Shown: one piece after another, positions 18,488 through 28,035 of the stretch
Position numbering within the stretch: the stretch's first letter is position 1
How the letters are laid out: every line of letters begins with the position of its first letter
NCBI GenBank assembly: GCA_011939005.1
Contig: GCA_011939005.1_4858.1
Reading direction: 5' to 3' (one strand)
Length of the DNA stretch: 64,000 nt
Origin: a phage
Program-made: the position numbers and the translations under genes
Notes under the pieces: model-generated
Databases searched by the model: none
Seen by the model: only the letters and a program-made list of their open reading frames with translations
Told to the model about the DNA's origin: nothing

Positions 18488-20767
18488 TTACTCCTCCGCT
18501 TCTTCCCCATCTTCTTCCTCTCCATCACGTTCAGATTTCTTAACGTACTCACCGCTACCTAATTCTTCCTTGACGGAATCTACAGACTCACCGTAGTAAT
18601 CCGAAAGCAGACGAGTTCTGTTCTTGTCCATCATGAACACACCCAGACATTCCAAGATGTGATAGTAAGGTTCTACTGTGGAGAATGCGCTTCGACGTGT
18701 GTCTGCAGCATCAATCAGCTCCGGCGGAATACCGAAGTTTTCCACCAGGAACTCTGGCAGTATCAGAGTGCGATAGGTACGATAGTTGTTTTCTTCGAAC
18801 CACCGTGTTGCAGTGGTCTTAATCATCGGGTCTTTAATGTTTTCCAGCCACTCTTTAACGGCTGTTTTGTTCTCCAGGTTTACCGGAAGTTTCACGGCGT
18901 CATAAGGCGGTTCGTCCAGGTAGCCGTACTTCGGTCCAAAGATAGCGTTGTACATGCGGTGGTAGTGGTAGCTCTTTTCATCATCTTCAGAGTACGCACT
19001 ACGGTCTTTGACGTTGGTTGTTTTCAGGTAGCCTGCTTTACCAGCGCGAATAGAATCCACCACAACGTGCTCAATTGCAGCAACCTTTTCCAGCAGAGGC
19101 AGAATCTTAATCTTATCGCCGCGCGCTACAATCTCACAGAGTTCTTTAATCGTGCGTTTGAACTCTTTCATGACCACCGGAGGAATGTTCGACGTACGTA
19201 AAGACACGCCCTTAACTTCTAACTCAGGGTCAGACTTCAACTGCCCTTCCTGGCCAGTGATGATGGAGAAATAGTGTTTTGCTTTCGTGGTTAACGCAAA
19301 GGAGTCGAACTTAAATTCGTTCTTCATTGCGTACAAGAACAGACGCTCTTTCGCCACACCGATGTTCGCCGACATACTCGCCATCAGATGACGTAAGTGT
19401 TGGGTTGCGATATAAATCATCGCATCCGATACGCGCGTAGCTTCACGACCGTAATGTTGACCGGTATACCACTGTGCCCACCACTGTGCAGTCATCATCG
19501 TGGAGTCGGTATCAGATACCACACCAACACGACGAACTACGTCGGGCATCCTGGCAATGTTGATTGGCAGGTTTTTGGTGGTCAGGATGTTACGAATCAA
19601 ACATGCGTACTTACCGATGGTTTTCTGCAGATATACAGCTGAGCGAATCAGCTCTTTGTATTTTTCCTGCTTATCCCACGGTTCCGCTTTGTTCGTGTTT
19701 TCGTCTTTAAGTTTAACGTCAGAGAACGACTTACCTAACGGCACGATATCAGTACGGAACTGCGAGATAATAATCTGCATATCGCCGTCGATGGAGCGCT
19801 CGGCGGCGTCCCAATCTGTGATCTCGTCTTCCATCTCCTCAGCAATCAGCGCACCGATAAACCCACGCATGAATTCATCGTTGTATTTTGCCAAGTGATA
19901 GAAATCGCCCATGTAGACAAACGCAGCACGCACTAATGGGCTACAGTTACCTACGTAGTGGCGGATAAACTCCAGTCCTTCATCATTGCGGAAATAGAAG
20001 TCTGCAGAGTACGTAACCACTTCCATAACCTCGTCCACAGTTGGGTAGTGGAGGTTATAGAGTTCCATACACTTCTTGAACTCCGCAAAGTTAGTCAGTG
20101 TACCAATAGACAGTAAGTGATCGATAACACGGGACGGTGTATCGTAGTGACGATTACCACCCAGTAGACGTTCGTTGCCAGCGTTACCGAACGATGTAGC
20201 CGTACGGCAGGTTGACGTCAATACAGAGTGCGAAGACTGGTTAAAGATTACCGTGTACGGTGATGAGAAAGCACCAGACATCCCGTTGTTCAGCGTTTTA
20301 ACAGCATTCTGTTCGTTCTTTTTGTTAATACGTAAAACTTCGTTGCCTGCAGCACCGGCTGCATACATCTCTTTCTTAACAACCGCACGCTTACGCACGT
20401 TCTCTGCGGTAAATTCAGCAAGCTTAGAGCGCTTGACGTGTTCCGGCAAATAGAAAGTCAACGACGGTGCAGAAATGATCTGCTTATCAATCACTGTACG
20501 GAACAGTTTATCTACCGTGGTGTATTTTTCTTCGCGATCGCCGGTCTTTTGATTGCGCACCCACATCTTACACACGGGGAATTCGTGTACTAACTCACCA
20601 CCAGGTTGGAACATTTCTTCGACCTGCTGTCGACAGAACTCCAAAGAATATTTCCCGTTGGTGACGGTATGAATGTAGAGCGCCAGTTGTTCGTAGTACG
20701 CATCGATAACGTCAATGTCGCGATGATACTCGTCTTGACTAAGACGAAATGGTGAATTGTAGTCCAC
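18488..20767 (-). CDS. hypothetical 759-aa protein; weak family-B-polymerase-like motifs (speculative)
   Basis: KTLNNGMSGAF (compare motif B Kx3NSxYG) upstream of VVSDTDSTMM (compare motif C YGDTDS); acidic C-terminus; no exonuclease domain seen. Confidence 0.65.
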   Translation of the reverse strand: MDYNSPFRLSQDEYHRDIDVIDAYYEQLALYIHTVTNGKYSLEFCRQQVEEMFQPGGELVHEFPVCKMWVRNQKTGDREEKYTTVDKLFRTVIDKQIISAPSLTFYLPEHVKRSKLAEFTAENVRKRAVVKKEMYAAGAAGNEVLRINKKNEQNAVKTLNNGMSGAFSSPYTVIFNQSSHSVLTSTCRTATSFGNAGNERLLGGNRHYDTPSRVIDHLLSIGTLTNFAEFKKCMELYNLHYPTVDEVMEVVTYSADFYFRNDEGLEFIRHYVGNCSPLVRAAFVYMGDFYHLAKYNDEFMRGFIGALIAEEMEDEITDWDAAERSIDGDMQIIISQFRTDIVPLGKSFSDVKLKDENTNKAEPWDKQEKYKELIRSAVYLQKTIGKYACLIRNILTTKNLPINIARMPDVVRRVGVVSDTDSTMMTAQWWAQWYTGQHYGREATRVSDAMIYIATQHLRHLMASMSANIGVAKERLFLYAMKNEFKFDSFALTTKAKHYFSIITGQEGQLKSDPELEVKGVSLRTSNIPPVVMKEFKRTIKELCEIVARGDKIKILPLLEKVAAIEHVVVDSIRAGKAGYLKTTNVKDRSAYSEDDEKSYHYHRMYNAIFGPKYGYLDEPPYDAVKLPVNLENKTAVKEWLENIKDPMIKTTATRWFEENNYRTYRTLILPEFLVENFGIPPELIDAADTRRSAFSTVEPYYHILECLGVFMMDKNRTRLLSDYYGESVDSVKEELGSGEYVKKSERDGEEEDGEEAEE

Positions 20768-20814
20768 GTCTGGCCCCTTGGTTTTTTACTCAGCTATAAG
20801 ACTTGCGGGATACG

Positions 20815-20853
20815 TGAAAAAAGAAAAAAAATAACCCACTCCGAAGAGTGGGC
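20815..20853 (-). terminator. intrinsic terminator
   Basis: CCCACTC-CGAA-GAGTGGG hairpin followed (minus sense) by a long U-run. Confidence 0.55.
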
Positions 20854-20858
20854 TTACT

Positions 20859-21269
20859 TTAACCGGCAATACTCTCAACGATTTCAAAATCGACGTCATT
20901 GAAACCATTGGCAGCCAGGGCACGTTTAAGGTCGTCAATCTCCTGTTTGTTATCCAGGGTGACGGTGAAGCGCACCTTCGTGTTTTCGATAATCTGAACA
21001 TCACGAATCCAGGCATCGGCAGCGACTTTTGGTTTGCCGTCAACACCTTTGAAAATCAGATACGTGTATTTGTTCACGTTATCTTCTGGCTGAGAAACAA
21101 TGGAAGAGTAGATATTCTTCTGCTCCGCCATCACATCCATATAACTTTTGGCCATTTCATAGCCAACGCCGGTTGCCAGAATAATTACACGCGTCTCTTG
21201 CCCTTTCAAAGGGGTGTCGTAAACAATGTTAACTTTTTGCCCAGCGACCAGTGTGCGTAAATCGAACAT
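20859..21269 (-). CDS. hypothetical protein (136 aa)
   Basis: ORF followed by terminator. Confidence 0.55.
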   Translation of the reverse strand: MFDLRTLVAGQKVNIVYDTPLKGQETRVIILATGVGYEMAKSYMDVMAEQKNIYSSIVSQPEDNVNKYTYLIFKGVDGKPKVAADAWIRDVQIIENTKVRFTVTLDNKQEIDDLKRALAANGFNDVDFEIVESIAG

Positions 21270-21868
21270 TATTCCTCCTCAGGAACATCAATAAGCAGCC
21301 TCATATCCAAAGCATTGGTCACTGGTGTTTTCGGGAAGTCCACCTTGAGAACCAACGTACGGATAGCGCCATTATGCGCCTCTAAGAACATCTTCACCGG
21401 CTCAACATAATGCGCCATAACTGCCTCCGTTACGGCGGTCGCCATTAGATCCAGCGTGTAGTGCTTGAGCGTAGCCCAGTGTGAACTGTCTTGCTCTTTG
21501 TACACCAACGCTAAATCTAACAATGGTGTCAGCCCGTTAAAATGTGACTCAGTGCTGGCTTCCATTGCAACATTAAACTTCCACCGACGGTACTCGTCAG
21601 TCAGTAACGTAAAGAAGTCGTGCAAGAACGTAAGGTCGGTGCGAGGCAACATGCAACGAAACTCGTACGTATAGCTAGTCAGCGTTTCACGTATAAGTTC
21701 GTGCATCTCGTCCTGGTCCAATTCTTTTACGGGTATCTCCACGGTGATACGCGGTAGGCGGACTACGGTGTCAACCACCAAATCCAAAAACCGCATACCG
21801 TCCGGAAGATACCCCACGACCCCCAAGTCCACATTAATCAAGTGGTTGGCGATCACCTTGTAGATCAT
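21269..21868 (-). CDS. hypothetical protein (199 aa)
   Basis: ORF; stop/start overlap with the downstream gene. Confidence 0.55.
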   Translation of the reverse strand: MIYKVIANHLINVDLGVVGYLPDGMRFLDLVVDTVVRLPRITVEIPVKELDQDEMHELIRETLTSYTYEFRCMLPRTDLTFLHDFFTLLTDEYRRWKFNVAMEASTESHFNGLTPLLDLALVYKEQDSSHWATLKHYTLDLMATAVTEAVMAHYVEPVKMFLEAHNGAIRTLVLKVDFPKTPVTNALDMRLLIDVPEEE

Positions 21869-21877
21869 TCGTACTCC

Positions 21878-22309
21878 TTAACATTCAACACAGATGAGTG
21901 CGTTGCCAATTTCATTCATAAGGAGTGAAACCTTTGTCTTTTTTGCTCCGTCTTCTGGAGTCAAGCCAGCCATGCCCCACACACGTTCTATCACGGAAAG
22001 GATTTCATAGAACCGAACATCATCCTTAATCCCACTGCTCATGCTGTAGCAGTTTAGAGGCAGCACCTTTTCAGTACCCCACATCCCGCGCAACTGTTCC
22101 AGTATCAACGCAGGGTCTGGGGGAATAAAAGTAAGAAAGTTCTTACCCTTACCTAGCCCATTAACAATAGAACGAACCGTTAATTCGGCGTAACTGGCCA
22201 GAAACAAATAAGCGACAGCGGGCTCGATCTCGCTAGTATCAGCAATCTCGGCCCGTGCCAACAACGACTCATATTTGAAGACTTCGCCTATGGTCATGTA
22301 CAGTTTCAT
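21878..22309 (-). CDS. hypothetical protein (143 aa)
   Basis: ORF in tandem array. Confidence 0.55.
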   Translation of the reverse strand: MKLYMTIGEVFKYESLLARAEIADTSEIEPAVAYLFLASYAELTVRSIVNGLGKGKNFLTFIPPDPALILEQLRGMWGTEKVLPLNCYSMSSGIKDDVRFYEILSVIERVWGMAGLTPEDGAKKTKVSLLMNEIGNALICVEC

Positions 22310-22794
22310 TCGCAGATTAACACCACATCGTTAAAACTATCACCTACATACGTTTGATATCGACCCGGATACAGCGACTCTATCAATCCAGCGAAACCAG
22401 TTAAGTTTGTTAACTCTTCGACCAACAAACTTACCGCAGCGCCGAAGGCAGCTTGATGTTGTTCGGGCGAACCTTGTGCTGCCAGAAACGTCGTATCGAC
22501 AGACGTTTCTTTAGCGAACTGGTCAACGGACAGACCATCGGTCACCAACTCCCAATTGCCCAGAGGTTCAAGCGTGTCTTCCTGTAACAAATCAACCATT
22601 GTCGATGGGTCACGAGTTTTCACACCGATGATATACGCAAACGCAAAACGTTGATAAAAATCACGTATCTGCGTTTCATCAATCTCCAGGTTACTGGCTT
22701 CCAATACACGCAATGCTGCTTCGCGAACGTGCTCGTAAAACCGAGTCGCGCTATATTGGTTCGCAATATCCGCCACATCAAACAGAACGCTCAT
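22306..22794 (-). CDS. hypothetical protein (162 aa)
   Basis: ORF with 4-nt overlaps to neighbours. Confidence 0.55.
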   Translation of the reverse strand: MSVLFDVADIANQYSATRFYEHVREAALRVLEASNLEIDETQIRDFYQRFAFAYIIGVKTRDPSTMVDLLQEDTLEPLGNWELVTDGLSVDQFAKETSVDTTFLAAQGSPEQHQAAFGAAVSLLVEELTNLTGFAGLIESLYPGRYQTYVGDSFNDVVLICE

Positions 22795-23300
22795 ACACGG
22801 CCTCCGAGATTACCGATAAGCAAATCGATAACAGGCAGAAGCTGTGGGGTAATGCGCTCGTACGCTTCCTGGCTGGCAAACTGTGGGAATTTATCACCGC
22901 CATTATAGTCCAGTAAGAATTCGACATCCGCCGGATTGCGCGTTGTGTATTGTGCCCCTACCCAGCGACCGTAGTGAGTGAACCAATACGGAGACTGTGA
23001 CACAGCAGTCATATACGCACGACCGATGTTTTGAATTGCGGTGCCGTAAGTGATTACTTGCTCATTTTCCAACACAACGCCGTGCGCATTCAGTGTACGA
23101 GAAACAAACCCAAAGGTATTGTTCATCATAAACTTTAACTCACTACCAATGGTTCCACGTTCCACGAAGCTCATGGCGGTATTGATTATCGAGTTCAAAT
23201 CGTCATTCACTTCGCGGAGCACATCGTTTGGCGAAAACTCCGTTAACGGCCCAGCCAATAACTGATAGCCGGGGATATAAAAATGAGATCGCTCAATCAT
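22791..23300 (-). CDS. hypothetical protein (169 aa)
   Basis: ORF in tandem array. Confidence 0.55.
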   Translation of the reverse strand: MIERSHFYIPGYQLLAGPLTEFSPNDVLREVNDDLNSIINTAMSFVERGTIGSELKFMMNNTFGFVSRTLNAHGVVLENEQVITYGTAIQNIGRAYMTAVSQSPYWFTHYGRWVGAQYTTRNPADVEFLLDYNGGDKFPQFASQEAYERITPQLLPVIDLLIGNLGGRV

Positions 23301-23700
23301 TGTAAGTAACCCCTGTAGTTAACATTTTCCAGACACCATCTCCTACATGCCAAAGGAGGAAGTCGGATTGTGGTAAATAAGTCATGTCCTCGTCGATTGC
23401 TTGCCAGATGCAATCGGTGTCCCGTATCAACAACTCAAATCGACAAAGAGCCCAGTATTTTGCCGACGTGGTTGGTGTAATGATTGGGTTATCGTGAACA
23501 TACTCCATAAAGAACTGGCGTATCATGCTATCGATAACGCCATATTTTTTCCGCAGAACGTGCAACCGAACAATTTGCTCGATATAGTCGTCAAGCTCTA
23601 TCGCAGCATCCTGGTAATCGATGCCGAGATTCTCTTTGACGAGTGCGGTGAGTCGGCAAGTCAAACGCACGAACTCAGTATAAACCGTCATCATAGACAT
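23293..23700 (-). CDS. hypothetical protein (135 aa)
   Basis: ORF in tandem array. Confidence 0.5.
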   Translation of the reverse strand: MSMMTVYTEFVRLTCRLTALVKENLGIDYQDAAIELDDYIEQIVRLHVLRKKYGVIDSMIRQFFMEYVHDNPIITPTTSAKYWALCRFELLIRDTDCIWQAIDEDMTYLPQSDFLLWHVGDGVWKMLTTGVTYND

Positions 23701-24142
23701 CTGTTACCTTACGTGGAATGAAACGGAGAATTCTGTCTGCTTGATTATAATGATACCGATACCCTTTTGGAGGAATGCCCATTTCCTCACAGATAGCACG
23801 ATGAACGTGTGACGCGATGGTGTGGATTTCCCGCGAATGACTTCTGGGACGATAGCACCTAACAATCAGTGAGACTGTTTCTACGTCCCACGTACCGTGT
23901 TCTGTAAATGTCGGAATCATGTATTCGAGCATACAGAGAATGATATGCTTCAACCCCGTATTAACATCATACATGCTGAACATGATGTCGCTGGGGTCAT
24001 TCAATATCCTGACGTATGCCGTCGAGGCGATGTGATCGATCAGTACCAGACGGACGATATCGTTTGTTTGGGAAGCATTGGCGGTAGTGGATGAATCTGA
24101 TGTCTTCTCCAATTTGCAACTCCAGAGATTGCACCTGCCCAC
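23675..24142 (-). CDS. hypothetical protein (start uncertain; possibly ATG at 23983)
   Basis: Track ORF overlaps the upstream gene by about 146 nt; internal ATG at 23983 would remove the overlap. Confidence 0.45.
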   Translation of the reverse strand: MGRCNLWSCKLEKTSDSSTTANASQTNDIVRLVLIDHIASTAYVRILNDPSDIMFSMYDVNTGLKHIILCMLEYMIPTFTEHGTWDVETVSLIVRCYRPRSHSREIHTIASHVHRAICEEMGIPPKGYRYHYNQADRILRFIPRKVTDVYDDGLY

Positions 24143-24758
24143 GATGGGTTATGTGTGGTTCCAGTTTAATCGTCGCATAACGATTAAACGGCTGGTTGGT
24201 GGCCTTCACAGCATTCTCCACAAGTGCATGGATACTGTCCAGGAAACTGTTGTAACAGTCTTCGAATGCCAATCCGATAAGATATTCGGTAGAACGTAAA
24301 ATCGCTACGGTCTCTTTCGTCTTATTAACCGGGGCACCCAAACCGCCACTGGAAACATATGTACGTTCCACAGGAACTGTTTTCGGTGGGAGTATGATCT
24401 GGTCAGCCACCAACATCATCGTAAGATTAAAAGCGTCAGTATAAGGTTCCAGCAAAGGTTCCATACGTGCATTAGGCATTTCCGGAACGGAGTAAAAGAT
24501 ATCTTCGAGCGCAGTGTGTAACAGTTGTACAGTTAACATCTCGCGTTCTTTTTGGCTCATCCGCAGAGCGGTAGCGTACTGGGAAGCATCGACAGGCCCC
24601 CAGAAGCTAGAATGAACCGCAGCTGGTTCGAGGTATATTCTGACCACGTTTGCACAACTCCATTTTTGTAATGAAAGGGATAGCGATGGTTTCGGCCCAA
24701 CGCCGAAATAACAAACCACGCTTCCGTGCCAAAATAACTTTCGGCAATGCGTGTCCAC
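23997..24758 (-). CDS. hypothetical protein (start uncertain; possibly ATG at 24560 overlapping upstream stop as ATGA)
   Basis: Track ORF overlaps 24557..24877 by 200 nt in another frame; ATG 24558-24560 overlaps that gene's TGA. Confidence 0.45.
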   Translation of the reverse strand: MDTHCRKLFWHGSVVCYFGVGPKPSLSLSLQKWSCANVVRIYLEPAAVHSSFWGPVDASQYATALRMSQKEREMLTVQLLHTALEDIFYSVPEMPNARMEPLLEPYTDAFNLTMMLVADQIILPPKTVPVERTYVSSGGLGAPVNKTKETVAILRSTEYLIGLAFEDCYNSFLDSIHALVENAVKATNQPFNRYATIKLEPHITHRGQVQSLELQIGEDIRFIHYRQCFPNKRYRPSGTDRSHRLDGIRQDIE

Positions 24759-24877
24759 TCACGTGGAAACTCATGCGTGCCGGGATAAATAACTTCTTGT
24801 ATCGCGCACAGTAACATGTCCGCAGGCACAATCAGCTCATTTGTCCCTGGAGAGAAATTAAAGAACATGCGCGTCAT
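24557..24877 (-). CDS. hypothetical protein (106 aa)
   Basis: AAGGAG RBS 9 nt upstream of ATG at 24877; motif copy 31 nt upstream. Confidence 0.5.
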   Translation of the reverse strand: MTRMFFNFSPGTNELIVPADMLLCAIQEVIYPGTHEFPREWTRIAESYFGTEAWFVISALGRNHRYPFHYKNGVVQTWSEYTSNQLRFILASGGLSMLPSTLPLCG

Positions 24878-24907
24878 CGAGAAATGCTCCTTAAGGATAA
24901 TTCACGA

Positions 24908-24922
24908 AGATAATATCTATGC
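24908..24922. promoter_or_regulatory. copy 6 of motif (AGATAATATCTATGC)
   Basis: In a divergent region, 31 nt from minus start 24877 and about 119 nt from plus start 25041. Confidence 0.4.
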
Positions 24923-25010
24923 AAAATTTCTTCGAGTATGGTGCGCACATAAAGGTCGTAAAACGTATTTTAATGTCAGGTAATGCTATCCCATTACCCG
25001 ATGGTATGAG

Positions 25011-25853
25011 TTGTCCTACGAGCTTCATAGGAGCCTTAGAATGAATGTTATCGACTACTGCCTGCGTAAAATCAGACAGCATATCCCTGCCCCGATTCTA
25101 CAGGCGGCTTTTGTTCCAGAAAACCTCAAGTTACTGGGAATTGCAAGCTCTGTAGATAACGAAATTCAACAACGCGTTATTCGTGAAATTCTGGTCCCTG
25201 AAATCTCCAGAATGGGGCAGTATCAAGAAGTAGATTTGCAAGGTGTTCCTTGGGATAACGACACGCAAGATTATTTCAGTCGCGTGTATTATCTCGACGA
25301 CATCAAAACAGGTGGTCGCCCAATTCTGGACGCCCATATCTCTGTAACACCTGTTGCCGGACAGGCGTACACCATGCCACCCGCGGGTTCGTATCTGGAC
25401 GGTGCAACCTCTGGCGTACTGGCGTCCACTCAACAAGTGGTTGATAGTCAATCCGCGATGCCGCGTATCGCCTCACCAGAAGTTGAAGTGCTCGGTCCGA
25501 ATACCATTCGTATCAAAGACCCAGGCATGTTCGTTTACTCTACCAAACTCGTGGTGAAGTACGAACTGTCCCAGGAGATGAACGAAATCAAACCAGCATT
25601 CTATCCGGTTGTAGGTGAGCTGGCAGTCATGGCTGTTAAGCAATATATCTACAACACCATGATCTTCGACATGGATTCCGGTAAACTGGAAAATGGTATG
25701 GAGTTCGGTGCCTTCAGAAACGTTATTGAAGGTTACTCGGACGCCGGTCAAATGTTCGAAGACACCTTGCCGAAAATGCAACGTTGCCTGGTCCACAACG
25801 ACAACATCGGAAACCGTTGGAACTACATGAACGGTGGTCGCTTCAAGTCGTAA
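25011..25853 (+). CDS. hypothetical protein (probable start ATG 25041)
   Basis: TAGGAG RBS 7 nt before ATG at 25041 (MNVIDYCLRK...); lone plus-strand gene ending at a bidirectional terminator. Confidence 0.6.
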   Translation: MSYELHRSLRMNVIDYCLRKIRQHIPAPILQAAFVPENLKLLGIASSVDNEIQQRVIREILVPEISRMGQYQEVDLQGVPWDNDTQDYFSRVYYLDDIKTGGRPILDAHISVTPVAGQAYTMPPAGSYLDGATSGVLASTQQVVDSQSAMPRIASPEVEVLGPNTIRIKDPGMFVYSTKLVVKYELSQEMNEIKPAFYPVVGELAVMAVKQYIYNTMIFDMDSGKLENGMEFGAFRNVIEGYSDAGQMFEDTLPKMQRCLVHNDNIGNRWNYMNGGRFKS

Positions 25854-25854
25854 C

Positions 25855-25907
25855 AAAAAAAGAAAGATTCCGTACCTCTACGCAAGTAGAGGTACTTCTT
25901 CTTTTTT
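25855..25907. terminator. bidirectional intrinsic terminator
   Basis: GTACCTCTAC-GCAA-GTAGAGGTAC hairpin flanked by A-run and T-run. Confidence 0.6.
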
Positions 25908-26295
25908 AACCGGCAACACCCAGCACATCCTTAAGATGATGGGTAATACCTGACGTCCACGCTTCACCTTCACGCACGATTTCCGGTTGAGCGTTAACCA
26001 GTCGGCGGAGAGAAATTGTGTGTTCCGCTAAACCAGCTACGGGAAACACAGGTGGAACGGTGGCTTGTTTGACATAATCGACGACATCGTTGAAGCCTTC
26101 GTTAGAAGACCAATCGATTTCTACGCCGTCGCAGACATCTAATTGACGCGTGTTGTTCTCTTCATCGGGGTGGAAAGTAAAACCCCATTGAATAGTATCC
26201 AGGAGACCACGGTCAAGTTCGTTGACCACTTTAATTTTCTTGAGGGTATCCGGATGCGCCATAATCACGTCCAGCGGACGCAGTTTGTTTTTCAT
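25906..26295 (-). CDS. hypothetical protein (129 aa)
   Basis: ORF. Confidence 0.55.
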   Translation of the reverse strand: MKNKLRPLDVIMAHPDTLKKIKVVNELDRGLLDTIQWGFTFHPDEENNTRQLDVCDGVEIDWSSNEGFNDVVDYVKQATVPPVFPVAGLAEHTISLRRLVNAQPEIVREGEAWTSGITHHLKDVLGVAG

Positions 26296-26362
26296 CGAGC
26301 ATCTCCTTTGGAATCTATTACAGCACAGACTCCCTACAAGATAGGTGCCTGCCGTAAAAAAG

Positions 26363-26779
26363 TCAGTGTAAGGTTCCGAGGGTTTTATAGTGTTTATAAT
26401 TCATTGCGTGGATGCTGTCTAACACAATGGCGAATACTTCCTCATAAGGTAGTCGTTTCTGCATAACTGCAGCACACATCGATTCGAATAAAGAAGGCAT
26501 TAATTGCGGCATTTCATTTAACGCCGACGATTCGCTACGGGATAAACACTCGCTTGTGTTTATTGTTGGTGCGTCTGACCCAGTGTAGATAGCCACAGCA
26601 TCTACCACATCTAGCGAGTCGAGCCACGGTTGGAATTGGGGCAACTGCATTAGCACTGGAAAGACCTCACATGCAAGTATTCTTGAATAACTGCACTGCG
26701 GTCTTAAAGTCGTGGGTAATTTATTTTCTTCCAATGCTTTAAATAAATCTTGCGTCTGGTAATAGCACTGCGTAATCAT
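26363..26779 (-). CDS. hypothetical protein (138 aa)
   Basis: ORF. Confidence 0.55.
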   Translation of the reverse strand: MITQCYYQTQDLFKALEENKLPTTLRPQCSYSRILACEVFPVLMQLPQFQPWLDSLDVVDAVAIYTGSDAPTINTSECLSRSESSALNEMPQLMPSLFESMCAAVMQKRLPYEEVFAIVLDSIHAMNYKHYKTLGTLH

Positions 26780-26813
26780 GGTAACTTCCTCCTATAAGAT
26801 TCTGAGGCAGTCG

Positions 26814-26852
26814 TGAAAAAAGAAAAAAAAGAGGGAACCGAAGTTCCCTCAA
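26814..26852 (-). terminator. intrinsic terminator
   Basis: GAGGGAAC-CGAA-GTTCCCTC hairpin followed (minus sense) by U-run. Confidence 0.55.
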
Positions 26853-26861
26853 AAGCATCGA

Positions 26862-27812
26862 CTACCAACCAAACCGAATTTCATACGCACGGAGCCATTG
26901 CTCATGCGGGAATAAATTATAGACCTCTTCGGGAACGTGTAACATCAACCACCTCACGCCAATACTGCTCGCGTACCACGAAGCGTATGGATAGATTGAA
27001 TCCTTCGGTGGTGCTAACGGTGATGGTAACTGTTGAACATCGGTGACAGGGTTACCGATAATTTCACCGCCGGGTAGTACAGCCGCTAGCATCCAGGTCG
27101 TTGGGTAGTAACTACCGCTATCTGTTTTAGCCAGATAACGTAAGTCTAAGTTATTCGGCTCAAACCGCTTGCGTAGAGTTAAGAACAGGCACAACTCATA
27201 CGGTTCGATGTTCAATCTGGTGTTCGGGAGACTGTGCCCTTTATACCAGTTTGCGTAACCTGCCTGCAGTGCTCTGATTGCCAGGATTGGTTTGTCTATA
27301 TCCACAGGTAGCTGGAGTGGTGTAACGTTCAAATCTGCGACTGTTGGAAACATTACCGGTACAGGATTGATGAGCTGGTTATACGCTTCCCGTAAACGAT
27401 TCATCTTGATGCGCAATGCACCGTTCGTTAACATCAGTCTACGTCCATGGTTTTCATCTGTAGCCCGTTCCGTAAAGAGTGCATCGCCGAAATGGCGAAC
27501 AAACTCAATGCTTAGGAACTTGGTGTGGTACGTAGGTGAGGTATACTCAATGAACTCGTTCTGTTGGAATCCGAAGTGGTGGAGCAATTCGCCGTTGCCC
27601 CATTTGAAAACAAATCGGAATTCGAAGTTCTTGTACTGTAGTGCATCTTTTACAGCACGTATCGCTTCCCAAGCGTCGAAATTCGTTCTGTATAACGAAC
27701 CGAAAGGGAAGAATCTGCGAGGTAAGAAAGGTCGAATGCGGGTTGCTTCTGCGAGGCTGAAGCCATCCTGGTTTAATCCTTCAATAGCACTAGGATTACT
27801 TGGTCTGTACAT
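26862..27812 (-). CDS. hypothetical protein (316 aa)
   Basis: ORF; motif copy 60 nt upstream, terminator downstream. Confidence 0.6.
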   Translation of the reverse strand: MYRPSNPSAIEGLNQDGFSLAEATRIRPFLPRRFFPFGSLYRTNFDAWEAIRAVKDALQYKNFEFRFVFKWGNGELLHHFGFQQNEFIEYTSPTYHTKFLSIEFVRHFGDALFTERATDENHGRRLMLTNGALRIKMNRLREAYNQLINPVPVMFPTVADLNVTPLQLPVDIDKPILAIRALQAGYANWYKGHSLPNTRLNIEPYELCLFLTLRKRFEPNNLDLRYLAKTDSGSYYPTTWMLAAVLPGGEIIGNPVTDVQQLPSPLAPPKDSIYPYASWYASSIGVRWLMLHVPEEVYNLFPHEQWLRAYEIRFGW

Positions 27813-27871
27813 GATGCTTACCTTTTATAGTAGAGTTGGGGAAATTCAGATGAGGCTTTCTCATCTCACTT

Positions 27872-27886
27872 AGGTAATATCTATCT
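27872..27886. promoter_or_regulatory. copy 7 of motif (AGGTAATATCTATCT)
   Basis: Lies between the terminator of the upstream gene and the start of 26862..27812. Confidence 0.45.
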
Positions 27887-27902
27887 GTGAATATTTGGGA
27901 TA

Positions 27903-27946
27903 CAAAAAAAATAAAAGAGTTGTCCTCACTCCGAAGAGTGAGGACT
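27903..27946 (-). terminator. intrinsic terminator
   Basis: GTCCTCACTC-CGAA-GAGTGAGGAC hairpin followed (minus sense) by U-run. Confidence 0.55.
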
Positions 27947-28035
27947 TCCCTGGTGTTGGCATGTAAATCTACAAGGTCTTACAAGGTCAGACGAGGGCTA
28001 ATCGTCAGGAACATAGCTACTGGGCGTTAGCTAAT

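Noticed and set aside
19397-20453. Short plus-strand ORFs inside long minus-strand genes
   Set aside because: Embedded antisense ORFs without RBS; treated as spurious, as with similar small ORFs throughout the track.
18488-20767. 759-aa protein as portal protein
   Set aside because: No supporting sequence evidence, and it lies 17 kb from the terminase; left as hypothetical with a speculative polymerase-like note.
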